DNA from: a virus
Taxonomy: Duplodnaviria; Caudoviricetes
DNA length: 44,262 nt
Direction: 5' to 3' (one strand)
Virus record (IMG/VR): IMGVR_UViG_3300044709_000069
Location: 1 to 44,262 of that record
Shown: positions 26,537 through 35,448 of the stretch, in pieces
How the letters are laid out: each line of letters opens with the position of its first letter
How positions within the stretch are numbered: the first letter of the stretch is position 1
The notes under the pieces: generated by a model
Told to the model about the DNA's origin: nothing
The model's database searches: none
The model's input: the letters and a program-made list of their open reading frames with translations, nothing else
Position numbers and translations under genes: made by a program

Positions 26537-27220
26537 ATGTTGGAACGCGCTATCCGTGGGCAATACCAAACGTCTCACCCGAAACACGATTTGACGGGCC
26601 AAGTGTTCGGGTACCTCACCGTGCTCTCGTATGTTCGCGGAGGACACGGCCCAGCACGGCGACCCGCTGGCTGGTTATGTCGGTGCATTTGCGGCAACGA
26701 GAAAACCATCCAGACGAAGTTGCTTCGCAATGGCACGAGCACCTCGTGTGGCTGTCGGCGAGTCGAAGTTACCCGCGAACGAAGCACCACGCATGGTCTG
26801 TCGCACACGGTTGAACACAATGCCTGGACTCGCATGATCGGTCGCTGCGAAAATCCGAACAATGCGAAATATCATCGGTACGGTGCGCGCGGTATTCGGG
26901 TCTGTGCGCGCTGGCGCAACGACTTCATGGCGTTTTACATCGACATGGGACCGCGACCATCGCCACGGCATTCGATTGAACGTCTCGACAACGACGGCGA
27001 TTACACGCCAGAGAATTGCGTCTGGGCGTTGCCGCGTGTTCAATCGAACAATCGGTCGACCAACATTCTCATCGAATGGCACGGACAACGACTTACCGCC
27101 ACCGAATGGAGTCGGCTGACCGGCATCTCGGCGACGACGATCAAAAATCGTTTCCGTGCTCATTGGCCGCTTGATCGTATCTTCACGCAACCCACGCGAA
27201 TCACATCACGCCACACCTGA
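26537..27220 (+). CDS. Free-standing HNH-type homing endonuclease-like protein
   Basis: DLTGQVFGYLTV, WLCRCICG, SCGC, YGARGIRVCARW, SIERLDNDGDYTPENC.WA; TGCTAGAAT 6 nt before the ATG. Confidence 0.85.
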   Translation: MLERAIRGQYQTSHPKHDLTGQVFGYLTVLSYVRGGHGPARRPAGWLCRCICGNEKTIQTKLLRNGTSTSCGCRRVEVTRERSTTHGLSHTVEHNAWTRMIGRCENPNNAKYHRYGARGIRVCARWRNDFMAFYIDMGPRPSPRHSIERLDNDGDYTPENCVWALPRVQSNNRSTNILIEWHGQRLTATEWSRLTGISATTIKNRFRAHWPLDRIFTQPTRITSRHT

Positions 27221-27221
27221 T

Positions 27222-28451
27222 CTAACTGAAGGCGCGAAACGCGAAGCTCGGAATGATGCTCGCGACACCGCAGAGCAAATCGATGCGCGACGGATTCTGA
27301 TCCGTAGCCAACGAATACTGTTCAACGTATCTCATCGAGATCTTTGCATCGGCGTCGTTGATGCGTTTCGCGTTGGCGCCGGGCAGATTCGCGGCGAGAT
27401 CGACAGCGACCCAGCCGAACGCGCCCGGATTGAAGACGAGCGATTGCTTGCTCGCGGTCGCGGCCATCGTCGCGCTCACCGTGCCGGTCGCGCCGAGGAA
27501 CGTCACCGCCGTGTCGTTGGCCGGTGACGCGGTCACGGTCTGCAACTGGCCGCTGGTGATGATGGGCGGGCTGATCGGCAGCGCGCACGTGCTCGAGCCG
27601 GCAATATCGGCCGTGATGACGAACTGCTGGAGCTCGCCCGTGTCGGTGTAGCCCACCGGGTTGACGCTGTTCACCCCGACCAGCGTGAAGATGTCGCCCT
27701 TTTTGAAGGCGTACGTCCCGAGGCCGTCGATGTTGAGCGTCGAGCCGGTCTGCGAGCCGAGATTGACGAGCGGCGTGGAGCTGGTGAAGGTGCCGGTCGT
27801 GTGCGTCGGCATGAGCGGGTCCCAGTACCACTCATCGACGCCGAGCGCGGCACCACTGAACTGGCCGCTGCGAAACGTCTTGCTGATGAAGTTCTGCGGA
27901 TTGAAGAGCGCGAAGTTCGCGGCCATGAGCTTCGATTGCGACTTCGGATCGAGCACGGCCACGAGTTCTTCCGGCACGCCGAGGTTGCGGAGCTTCGCCA
28001 CGCCGTCGGTGTAGGTCACGTCATCGGTGATGGCCGTGCCTGGCGTGCCCACCGCGTTGTAGACCGTGTAATACACTTCGGCGCCCGCCTGGACGTCGGC
28101 TTTCGACGCCATCGCCCGGCCCGCCGGCATCGTGTAGCGCTCGCGGACTTCCTCGACACGGAGCGCCGAGTCGGCCGAGCTCCAGCCCATGCCCACCTGG
28201 TATTGATGGTTGACGGAGATGGGCACCGTCTGGTTGAGAATCGCCTGCTGCACGAAGGCTTGCCCTTCGGAGACCACGAAGCGCTGCGGAATCCGCACTT
28301 GCGCGGTGTCGCCAATCTTCGCGCCCTGCGGAAGGTTCTCCCAGGCGCGATCCCATTGGCGATCGAAGTTGCCGATCAGTTTGATGTTGTTCTTCCAGCT
28401 CAGAGCGACGTCACGCGTCACCCACCCGACACTGATAAACGTATTGGCCAA
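27222..28451 (-). CDS. Major capsid protein, P22 coat (gp5) family
   Basis: ANTFI...W, AKIGDT..VRIP, insertion domain FKKGDIFTLVGVNSVNP..Y..TG.LQQFV, C-terminal RIDLLCG; TTG start. Confidence 0.93.
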   Translation of the reverse strand: MANTFISVGWVTRDVALSWKNNIKLIGNFDRQWDRAWENLPQGAKIGDTAQVRIPQRFVVSEGQAFVQQAILNQTVPISVNHQYQVGMGWSSADSALRVEEVRERYTMPAGRAMASKADVQAGAEVYYTVYNAVGTPGTAITDDVTYTDGVAKLRNLGVPEELVAVLDPKSQSKLMAANFALFNPQNFISKTFRSGQFSGAALGVDEWYWDPLMPTHTTGTFTSSTPLVNLGSQTGSTLNIDGLGTYAFKKGDIFTLVGVNSVNPVGYTDTGELQQFVITADIAGSSTCALPISPPIITSGQLQTVTASPANDTAVTFLGATGTVSATMAATASKQSLVFNPGAFGWVAVDLAANLPGANAKRINDADAKISMRYVEQYSLATDQNPSRIDLLCGVASIIPSFAFRAFS

Positions 28452-28474
28452 GGACGGCCCTCATGGCGACGGCG

Positions 28475-29491
28475 TTACACACGGCGACTCCGCATCGGCC
28501 AAAAGCGCTCGTGATCGGCGAGCGTGGCTTTGGCGTCGTCGGGCGGTTCGTCCGGCGCGCGAACAGGGCCCGTCCGCACCGGATTAGGAGGACGAGGCTG
28601 AAGTGTTTGTGGGACCGACGCGGACGATCCGGTCGAAACGTCCTGACGACGGGTGGAATGACCATTAAGCCGTTGCGCGAGCAACGCGAGGGATTCAGCC
28701 TGCTCAAACAACGGTTGGGCGAGCATGGCTTGGAGTTCGTCGGGGTGCTTTTGAAGGTGATACAGAATCTTCGCGCCGGCTTTGTGCTCGAGAATCCAGC
28801 CGTCGATGAGCGAGCCTTGCGGAATCGCCGTGTCGCTCAGTAAGGCGACTTCTTCAAAGTCGGGCAGCTCGGCTTTCGCGGCTTTCACGCGCTCCGACCA
28901 CGACGATTGCAGCCGTTGCTGCTCAGTCTGGATGGACCGCTGGCGCTCGGCTTCAGCGCGTTTCGCTTCAGCCGCTGCCAGCTTCTGATCGACTTTCCAA
29001 TCGGTGAGCGCTTCGTTGTATTCGGTCCAGTCGCTAAACTGTTCGGGCGTGGGCTTCGGTGTCGCAGCAACCGGAGAAGGCGGAGAGGTTGCCAGCGCGG
29101 CAGCCGAACTGGCCGGAGCCGGTCCACTCACGCGCGTTTTTAAGGCATCACGCTCCGCCTCCGCCGCTCGGAGTCGAGCGGTTAACTCCCTGATCCGTGG
29201 AACATCTTCGGGAGTGGCCTGTTGACTCGCCGCCCGGTGCCGCTTCGGCTTAAAGCGCCCGTTCTCGTCACGTTCCGGCGTTTCCGCATCCGGGTCCGCC
29301 GGCGGCTCCGCTGGCTGGTCCGCTGGGTCGCGGCGTTCCTCACGCCGCCCTGAGTCGTCGCCGTCGGCGGGCGGTTGGCTGCCGTATTTGCGCTCGTGTT
29401 CGGCTAAGGACAGCTCAGCGTCAGCGTCCGGGGGGGGTGGCGCGGGGGGGTCAGGTTGATCTGCGGCGAATAAACTTGGTTCGTCGGCCAA
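28475..29491 (-). CDS. Capsid scaffolding protein
   Basis: Immediately upstream of the coat; RDENGRF, coiled coil, F.DW.EY.EAL.DW, PDFEEV, ILYHL.KHP. Confidence 0.85.
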   Translation of the reverse strand: MADEPSLFAADQPDPPAPPPPDADAELSLAEHERKYGSQPPADGDDSGRREERRDPADQPAEPPADPDAETPERDENGRFKPKRHRAASQQATPEDVPRIRELTARLRAAEAERDALKTRVSGPAPASSAAALATSPPSPVAATPKPTPEQFSDWTEYNEALTDWKVDQKLAAAEAKRAEAERQRSIQTEQQRLQSSWSERVKAAKAELPDFEEVALLSDTAIPQGSLIDGWILEHKAGAKILYHLQKHPDELQAMLAQPLFEQAESLALLAQRLNGHSTRRQDVSTGSSASVPQTLQPRPPNPVRTGPVRAPDEPPDDAKATLADHERFWPMRSRRV

Positions 29492-29501
29492 TCAGCCACT
29501 A

Positions 29502-29530
29502 AGTGTCAGGCCGATATCGCGGTTTGTCAA
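29502..29530 (-). promoter_or_regulatory. Putative promoter for scaffold and coat
   Basis: TTGACA-17 bp-GACACT on the minus strand. Confidence 0.55.
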
Positions 29531-29767
29531 TTATTTGGACGGCTGAGCTTCCGATGTGTCCGGCTTAAGCCGGACGCTACTTTCACGCTGATCCTCAACA
29601 AACTCTGCGTCAATCATGCGCCGTGGCGCGACACGAAATCGACCGTTGGCATAGCCCTCGATGAAGGTCAAAAAGAGCCGCCGCAACGGTTCTCCCTCAC
29701 GTTCCGCCCGTTGCCGAAACCGTTGCCATGTCTCAGGCGGCAGATTCCGCAGAATGTAGTTTGGCAT
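29531..29767 (-). CDS. Ribbon-helix-helix (Arc/FitA-like) regulator
   Basis: YILRNLPPETWQRFRQRAEREG.PLR.L. Confidence 0.72.
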   Translation of the reverse strand: MPNYILRNLPPETWQRFRQRAEREGEPLRRLFLTFIEGYANGRFRVAPRRMIDAEFVEDQRESSVRLKPDTSEAQPSK

Positions 29768-29780
29768 TCACGGCCGCCGT

Positions 29781-29981
29781 TCACTCTGATACAGGTGGCC
29801 AGTTGACCACCAACGGAATGTGGCGCAGACCCGCATACCGTCGCGCCATTTCGACATGGCGACACAGTTCACAGTACGGGCCTTGCTTGTTCACGCGACG
29901 CGCCGTCTCGACGCCGCATTTCGCTTGGTCACAGTCCCATGCATAGCCGCAGGTCTCACAAAGATGCTGATGAATCATCAT
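29781..29981 (-). CDS. Small Cys-rich protein
   Basis: HLCETCG..W.C...C, YCELC. Confidence 0.6.
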   Translation of the reverse strand: MMIHQHLCETCGYAWDCDQAKCGVETARRVNKQGPYCELCRHVEMARRYAGLRHIPLVVNWPPVSE

Positions 29982-29991
29982 GCTGTCTCGG

Positions 29992-30933
29992 TCATTGCGG
30001 TTGTCTTGCAGGTGTCGATTCAGTTTGACTTGCTGCTACCACTGGCAGAAATCCGTACAAGATATTGCCGCTCTCCGTTTTGCGCGGGTCGAATGCGGCC
30101 TTCGTGGAGCGAATCTGCTGCGGGTCGAACACCGCGAGCGTATCGCCTTGAAAGGACATCTCACGCATGCGCACGCCATCGTAGCCTGCATCACGTAAAG
30201 CCTGAATAACGTGCGGCTCGTCCAACGCTTGCTGAACGTGGTTCCAATCTTCAAACGAATAGCCCGTCAGGTTCTCTAATTCGCGTTGCGTATAGGGATT
30301 CAGCGCATCAGGGTTGTACGCCGGGTTATACCCGTCCTTGATCATCCGTTGTCGCACTTCTGGGGTAATCGTGAGGTCGAGCGGATTTTCAATGCGCAGA
30401 TAGAACTTGCGAACTGACGGCGTGCCGCCGGGTTGCCCACGCAATTCTTCGTTCATCCGCACGCGCTGCTTCGCAAAGTAGCGCGATGTCTCAGGGTCCG
30501 TCGAGAAGTAATGCGCTTGCGGAGTGACAGGCGCAAGTCCTTGGTCCGTGTTGCGAATCGTGCCTTGCGGTTCAAACGTGCTGAATCGCTTGTTGCTGCC
30601 GTGATAGACCGTTTCGGCCGTATCGAAGCCGAGGGCATTCGCTCGTTGGAGTCGGCTCGCTTCATCCATTGGCAACGCGCCGCTCCGTGTCTGCTGTAAG
30701 GCTTTCAGCAGGCGCGGAAACCGCTTCGCCACCTCGCCCATCGCGCCACCGAGTGGACCGCCCGGCAACTCAATCGGCATCCCGACCATCATCGCTTGCT
30801 GCGGATCATCCAAACCGAGCCACGAAATCAGCGCCCGAATCGGCGCGCGATACGCCGGGTCGAACACACTCGCATTCTCCGGCTTCGTCCACTCGGGGAA
30901 CAGGCTGGTCCGCGTGATGACCGGGCCGGGCAT
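29992..30933 (-). CDS. ADP-ribosyltransferase-like protein (ART-PolyVal type)
   Basis: VYHGS...F..F, HYFSTDP...YFA, YLRIENPLD, LRDAGYDGV, AVFDPQQIRS..AAFDP. Confidence 0.75.
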   Translation of the reverse strand: MPGPVITRTSLFPEWTKPENASVFDPAYRAPIRALISWLGLDDPQQAMMVGMPIELPGGPLGGAMGEVAKRFPRLLKALQQTRSGALPMDEASRLQRANALGFDTAETVYHGSNKRFSTFEPQGTIRNTDQGLAPVTPQAHYFSTDPETSRYFAKQRVRMNEELRGQPGGTPSVRKFYLRIENPLDLTITPEVRQRMIKDGYNPAYNPDALNPYTQRELENLTGYSFEDWNHVQQALDEPHVIQALRDAGYDGVRMREMSFQGDTLAVFDPQQIRSTKAAFDPRKTESGNILYGFLPVVAASQTESTPARQPQ

Positions 30934-33236
30934 TACTCGCCCTCAGTCACCGGCTCCGGGGCGAGCTCGGCGGCTTGCTGCGCCTGCTCAAGCGCCTGCT
31001 CATGCTCGCGGTCCATCGTTGCCGCGGCATGACTGCGATCGACCTGCCCCTGCACCGCCGCATAGGCGTGCTCGCGCGCTTGCATCTCGGCTTCGTGGCC
31101 GAGCGCCATCGCTTCCTCTTGCGCGTGGGCATCAAGCGCTGCGCCCTTCGCATTCGCCGCAATGTGCGCTTTCGCGATTTCCGTCGCGTTCTTCATCACC
31201 TGCAACGCGAGTTCTTTGTCGGCGTCCATCTCCGCGATTTGGATCTTGGTGGCGTTCTCTTGCTGCTTGCCTTGCAGCTCTTGATGCATCTGCGCCATCA
31301 CCTTCTCGGCATCCTGAAGGCGCTGCGTGAGCTGCATCATCTGCATCTGCATCTGCGGATCGGCCTGACCGTTGCCCTGTTCTTTCGCTGCAATTGCTTG
31401 CTGAATGCGCGGGTCCAGCATCATCTTGGCGCGTTCAGCCATCTCGGCGTGCTGAGGCCAGTCAACCGACTTTAAGAATAAATCTCCGAACCACGTCATC
31501 AGGACCGGATTCTTTCCGATCAGATCACCGAGCATCGCGGCTTCTTCGGCCCGGCGCGTATCGAAGCCTTGGCTAACGCGCACGACGACATTGAAACTCG
31601 CATCGGGCGTCAGCCTGTACTGCTTCTGTGGTCGGGCAGACTGGCCCATCGGCCCAGCAGCCGGCGCGGCCGCACCGTCACTACTCGACGGACCAATCTG
31701 CACCGTTTGCGGCTCGCCTTCCTTGTTCAGGATGCGAGCAATGCGACCAGGCTTCCCGTAAATCGGCGCGAGCAACGAATTAATAACTTGGCCCTCGTAG
31801 CGAATGCTCCGCTTCAAATTGTCGAGAAAGTTCGACGTCCCGTGCGCGCTCTGCTGCTGCAACGCCTGAATGGCGCGACCGCTTTTCAGACTCGGATCAA
31901 CTTTCCCGAGCTGCGGGTCATGCACGCCCGTGGTACTCTGCACGGCGTCGCGAAACATTTGCACGCTGGCCGCGAGCGCGGCGATGTCCGTCCCAACGGG
32001 CGTCCGCGTCGGTGGGCCTAATGGCTTGCCCGCATCGGACACCGCGTTGTAATAGAGCACAGGCGCCGCATAAATGGCCGCATACTGATACCATTTTTCA
32101 AAGTTCTGAATCTGTTCGGGCGTGGCCTGGAATGGCGGAATGGGCGAAAGGCCGATCGTCTCGACCCACTTCGACACCATCGCATTAAAACCGGTCTGCG
32201 AATCACGCGACGGACGGACCATGCCTTCAGCGCGACGTTCCTGATCGAACGGATGCAGTTCTTCGCCCAGCACCTTGATGATCGGCAAATACTTCGACGG
32301 CCAATCGGTGCGCTCAAGCACTTGCTCACCGTCTAACTTGCACCACTTCACTTCTTTCTGAATCTCGTCGTCCCGCTCATCGACAATCCGGGCGTCCGGT
32401 GGAAGTTCATCCTTCCACGCCGATGATCCATCGGCCAGCAACGCGATGGTGCGCGCCTTGCGTTTTACGTACCAGTAGTCCGCGATGCGCACATACCGTT
32501 CGTCGCCCTCTTGCCGGAACCACTCCGGGTCGCCTGTCATATACGACTGGAATTCATCATTCGTCGCCGTCGCGAGTTGATTGGTGGACCCGTCGGCGCG
32601 TTTCTTCCACGTCGCTTTGTACTCGTCCCAACTGATGTAATCGTTCGTGATGAAGCCCCACTCCGCATCCGAACCATCCGGCTCGGTGTGCGCGGGATCG
32701 AGCAGCACGGACGACTGATCGTAAATGCGTTGGATGTAAATCTCTTGCTCGCGGTGGAACGTGCGACCGGGCAGATACCGCGTCATCACGCAGTAATAGC
32801 CAACGCCAGCGATGGCCGCCCGCGATCCGGCCCACGTCCGCGCGTCCTCCGCTTCGCTCTCGCGCTGAATCCGTCGCGTCAAGCCTTCGCGGAGTTCGAT
32901 CTCGTTGTCGTTGAGCGGTTCGGCAATCTGCGCGAAATCATCCGCCGGGACGAGCTCAATGGCATAGTCAGCATTGAGCTCGACGTTGAGCACTTGCCGG
33001 ACGGATTCGCGCACGAGATTGATGACAAGTGACGGCCGAGCCGGCGCGGGAAAAGGCACGTCACTGCCCGCGCTTGGTTGTTGGGCGGCGCGAGCCTTCA
33101 AGGCATCAGGTGCCCACTGAAAGCCGTTATAGAAGGCGATATCTTCTTTTTCGCGCTCGCGCTGTTTCTGCGAGGCCTCCATCGCGAGGTCGAAGCGTTT
33201 TTTCGCGCGCGTGATGAAGTCGCTCTCCCGGGCCAT
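30933..33236 (-). CDS. Portal protein, P22-like
   Basis: DIAFYNG.QW, RPSLVIN, GMVRPSRDSQ..FN, SGRAIQALQQQ, C-terminal Q/M-rich barrel. Confidence 0.93.
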   Translation of the reverse strand: MARESDFITRAKKRFDLAMEASQKQREREKEDIAFYNGFQWAPDALKARAAQQPSAGSDVPFPAPARPSLVINLVRESVRQVLNVELNADYAIELVPADDFAQIAEPLNDNEIELREGLTRRIQRESEAEDARTWAGSRAAIAGVGYYCVMTRYLPGRTFHREQEIYIQRIYDQSSVLLDPAHTEPDGSDAEWGFITNDYISWDEYKATWKKRADGSTNQLATATNDEFQSYMTGDPEWFRQEGDERYVRIADYWYVKRKARTIALLADGSSAWKDELPPDARIVDERDDEIQKEVKWCKLDGEQVLERTDWPSKYLPIIKVLGEELHPFDQERRAEGMVRPSRDSQTGFNAMVSKWVETIGLSPIPPFQATPEQIQNFEKWYQYAAIYAAPVLYYNAVSDAGKPLGPPTRTPVGTDIAALAASVQMFRDAVQSTTGVHDPQLGKVDPSLKSGRAIQALQQQSAHGTSNFLDNLKRSIRYEGQVINSLLAPIYGKPGRIARILNKEGEPQTVQIGPSSSDGAAAPAAGPMGQSARPQKQYRLTPDASFNVVVRVSQGFDTRRAEEAAMLGDLIGKNPVLMTWFGDLFLKSVDWPQHAEMAERAKMMLDPRIQQAIAAKEQGNGQADPQMQMQMMQLTQRLQDAEKVMAQMHQELQGKQQENATKIQIAEMDADKELALQVMKNATEIAKAHIAANAKGAALDAHAQEEAMALGHEAEMQAREHAYAAVQGQVDRSHAAATMDREHEQALEQAQQAAELAPEPVTEGE

Positions 33237-33238
33237 GA

Positions 33239-33571
33239 CTAGAAGCGCTCTTTCGTGACTTTCAACGGCATCATCTGCGTCTGCCCACGATACCGCATCG
33301 GCACGATATGAGGCGTGCCGTCATACTCCGCATCGAAATACGCCGCGAGAGAAATGTTCTTCTTCCAGAGTGCGGCGGTTTCTCGCGTCACCCATTCAGG
33401 CGTGATGAACGTGTTGCCGCCACCCCGGACAAATCGCTCAATGGGCGGGATGACGATCGTTTTCTCGCCGGGCACCCACAGCAGTTTCTCGATGTCGAAC
33501 GTGCAGACCGCCGCCGCCGCACTCACGGTGCCGAAGCCGAGCCGCCGCAGGAACGTCCGTCGATCCAGCAT
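33239..33571 (-). CDS. Twin-arginine-signal protein containing a coat N-terminus-like segment (110 aa)
   Basis: MLDRRTFLRRLGFGTVSAAAAV; NTFITPEWVTRETAALWKKNISLAAYFDAEYD aligns to coat residues 3-34. Confidence 0.8.
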   Translation of the reverse strand: MLDRRTFLRRLGFGTVSAAAAVCTFDIEKLLWVPGEKTIVIPPIERFVRGGGNTFITPEWVTRETAALWKKNISLAAYFDAEYDGTPHIVPMRYRGQTQMMPLKVTKERF

Positions 33572-33834
33572 CACAACCCGACCAACCAGCGAATTCTGGC
33601 CCACCAGCCGCCGTAGACGATGGTCTGCACCAGCCCCAGCGCTGTCTGCACCCGCCTCATGTCATCCGCGTGCAGCGATAACATCGCGGCCGTCTGCTGC
33701 TCGAGCGCGGTCACGCGCGGGACCAGCGTGTTGAGTTGCTGGACGTGGGCGCGCACTTGGTCGCCGATCTCGTGCAGCGCGGATTCAAGGGGCAGCAGCC
33801 GCATATCGGTGTTCGCGTGCGCGTCGTGACCCAT
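33571..33834 (-). CDS. Coiled-coil protein with amphipathic C-terminus
   Basis: TGATG coupling; ends GWWARIRWLVGL. Confidence 0.65.
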   Translation of the reverse strand: MGHDAHANTDMRLLPLESALHEIGDQVRAHVQQLNTLVPRVTALEQQTAAMLSLHADDMRRVQTALGLVQTIVYGGWWARIRWLVGL

Positions 33835-33842
33835 GCTAGTCG

Positions 33843-34241
33843 TCACCCACCCAAACCGACAATCGGTGCAGATGCGGCCAACTGCAACCAGCCTACGGCA
33901 TGATCGATACTTTCGCAGATCGTCACGGCATGGTGATGATGGAAGATATTCGACCGCGCACCGACCACGAGAATCTGTTTGTCGAGCGCCAAGGCATAAC
34001 CGAGTTCGACGTGTCGGCCACCGGACCCACTGCGAGCGAATTCAGGTGGATTCAGCGCCACAAGCACATCAGCCGCCTTGATGTCATCAAGGTCTACTTG
34101 CGCCCACTCATGACTCTCGATCGCGCTGTCATCTTGCACGATCCAGCGCGACGAACACACGATGTGTCGATCGGCCAACAATAACCGAACGGCATTCGCC
34201 TGCTCGCGCAGTTCATACGGCGCTGCGATGTACACGGTCAT
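33843..34241 (-). CDS. Nucleoside 2-deoxyribosyltransferase-like protein
   Basis: VYIAAP, DLDDIKAADVLV, GGRHVELGYALAL.K. Confidence 0.85.
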   Translation of the reverse strand: MTVYIAAPYELREQANAVRLLLADRHIVCSSRWIVQDDSAIESHEWAQVDLDDIKAADVLVALNPPEFARSGSGGRHVELGYALALDKQILVVGARSNIFHHHHAVTICESIDHAVGWLQLAASAPIVGLGG

Positions 34242-34242
34242 G

Positions 34243-34458
34243 CTAGTCGTCGTCACCGACGATCCCCGGTCTGGTGGGGTCGCCAGGCTCCGGCCTATGG
34301 CGAAAACGGAGACCGAACTGGTCCGGCTCCATGCCAGTCGGCACCCGGACAAGTTTCACTTTGTTCGCCAACGCGTCTAAGACGAGATAGCGGGTACCGT
34401 CAGCGCTCGTCAGAACGGCGCCCAGCTCGAGCCGTGAGTCCGCGCTCAGAGGCATCAC
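34243..34458 (-). CDS. Hypothetical protein (71 aa)
   Basis: Fills the operon gap; GAGG upstream. Confidence 0.55.
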   Translation of the reverse strand: MMPLSADSRLELGAVLTSADGTRYLVLDALANKVKLVRVPTGMEPDQFGLRFRHRPEPGDPTRPGIVGDDD

Positions 34459-34459
34459 C

Positions 34460-34567
34460 TCACCGCCGTTTCATCCACTCCAACCGAACCAACGCCCAGA
34501 CCACGGTCGCCATCGCGCCAACGCCAACACCGAGGCAAAACGCGACGAAGGGATGCAGGTCAATCAT
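34460..34567 (-). CDS. Single-TM micropeptide (35 aa)
   Basis: MIDLHPFVAFCLGVGVGAMATVVWALVRLEWMKRR. Confidence 0.5.
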   Translation of the reverse strand: MIDLHPFVAFCLGVGVGAMATVVWALVRLEWMKRR

Positions 34568-34658
34568 CGTCCCAGCCGCCCCACAGCCGGTCGGCCCACT
34601 GCACGCCAAAAGCCCAAACGCACACCAGAATCACGATGATCAACCCGATCAGTTTCAT
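34560..34658 (-). CDS. Single-TM micropeptide (32 aa)
   Basis: MKLIGLIIVILVCVWAFGVQWADRLWGGWDDD; ATGA overlap with the HNH stop. Confidence 0.5.
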   Translation of the reverse strand: MKLIGLIIVILVCVWAFGVQWADRLWGGWDDD

Positions 34659-35329
34659 GCAGCCCTATTTTCTCGACGTTGACGCATCAGTAAAGCTCCA
34701 CAGGCGCGGCATTGATGCGATGTTCCGATACCGGAGCGACGACTCGGAGCAAATGCAGTCATCGGCTTCACAAGATGACAGTGAGAACAAATGCGTTCGG
34801 TATTCGGATTCCCACCGGCTCGTATAATCCGCGCGCGAACGTGAAGCAGTTTGTGATACGCCTGATCTTGACAGATGACCAGTCGAGCGTTCGGATTCCA
34901 CGGATCTTCATCCGGGTGATGAACGTGAACACCGCGCGGCAATGGGCGCCCGAGCGCACGCTCGGCACGCCGGCGATGGACATGGAATCTCGTCTCTCCA
35001 AATCCTCGTTCAACATACCCGCGGCGCCGATAGGTCGGAGACATCCGTTGGGAATGGCCTTTGAGAAATCGTTGCGGTTGGCCTCTGACATAACCAAATT
35101 TCGGATCAGTCCGATCAGCCAGTAACGTGGGGCGACCACAACCACACTCGCACAGCTTCGATTCGTTCTGTGGCCCAACCGGCGCAGCAGTTCGTGTGGT
35201 ATGTCCTTCAATAAATCGATTCGGCTGCCCTTTGATGATGCCGCGTGCTCGGCGCGTTCGAGTCGCAATCGTTGTTTGACGCCCACAGCCGCATTCGCAG
35301 AGCTTCGGACTAACATGCTCGTCAGCCAT
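34655..35329 (-). CDS. HNH endonuclease with two CECGCG repeats
   Basis: LCECGCG...RF..GH twice; HRRRAERALGRPL....VHH.D...N...L.IC..QAYH..LH; C-terminal CSHC/CRAC. Confidence 0.87.
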   Translation of the reverse strand: MADEHVSPKLCECGCGRQTTIATRTRRARGIIKGQPNRFIEGHTTRTAAPVGPQNESKLCECGCGRPTLLADRTDPKFGYVRGQPQRFLKGHSQRMSPTYRRRGYVERGFGETRFHVHRRRAERALGRPLPRGVHVHHPDEDPWNPNARLVICQDQAYHKLLHVRARIIRAGGNPNTERICSHCHLVKPMTAFAPSRRSGIGTSHQCRACGALLMRQRRENRAA

Positions 35330-35402
35330 CGTTGAACCTCACTTTCAACGGTCGGTTAGGGGCAACCGCGCTCTGCCAGGACGCGGTTGCGCCGTTATTC
35401 TA
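35311..35402 (-). promoter_or_regulatory. -10 box plus two-hairpin leader with Shine-Dalgarno in the loop
   Basis: TAGAAT (35397-35402); GCAACCGCG/CGCGGTTGC stem (35362-35390); CGTTGAA-AGTGAGG-TTCAACG directly before the ATG. Confidence 0.65.
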
Positions 35403-35448
35403 ACGAATTCTCACAGCACCACGACCACCAGGATCACGCCGATCGCTT

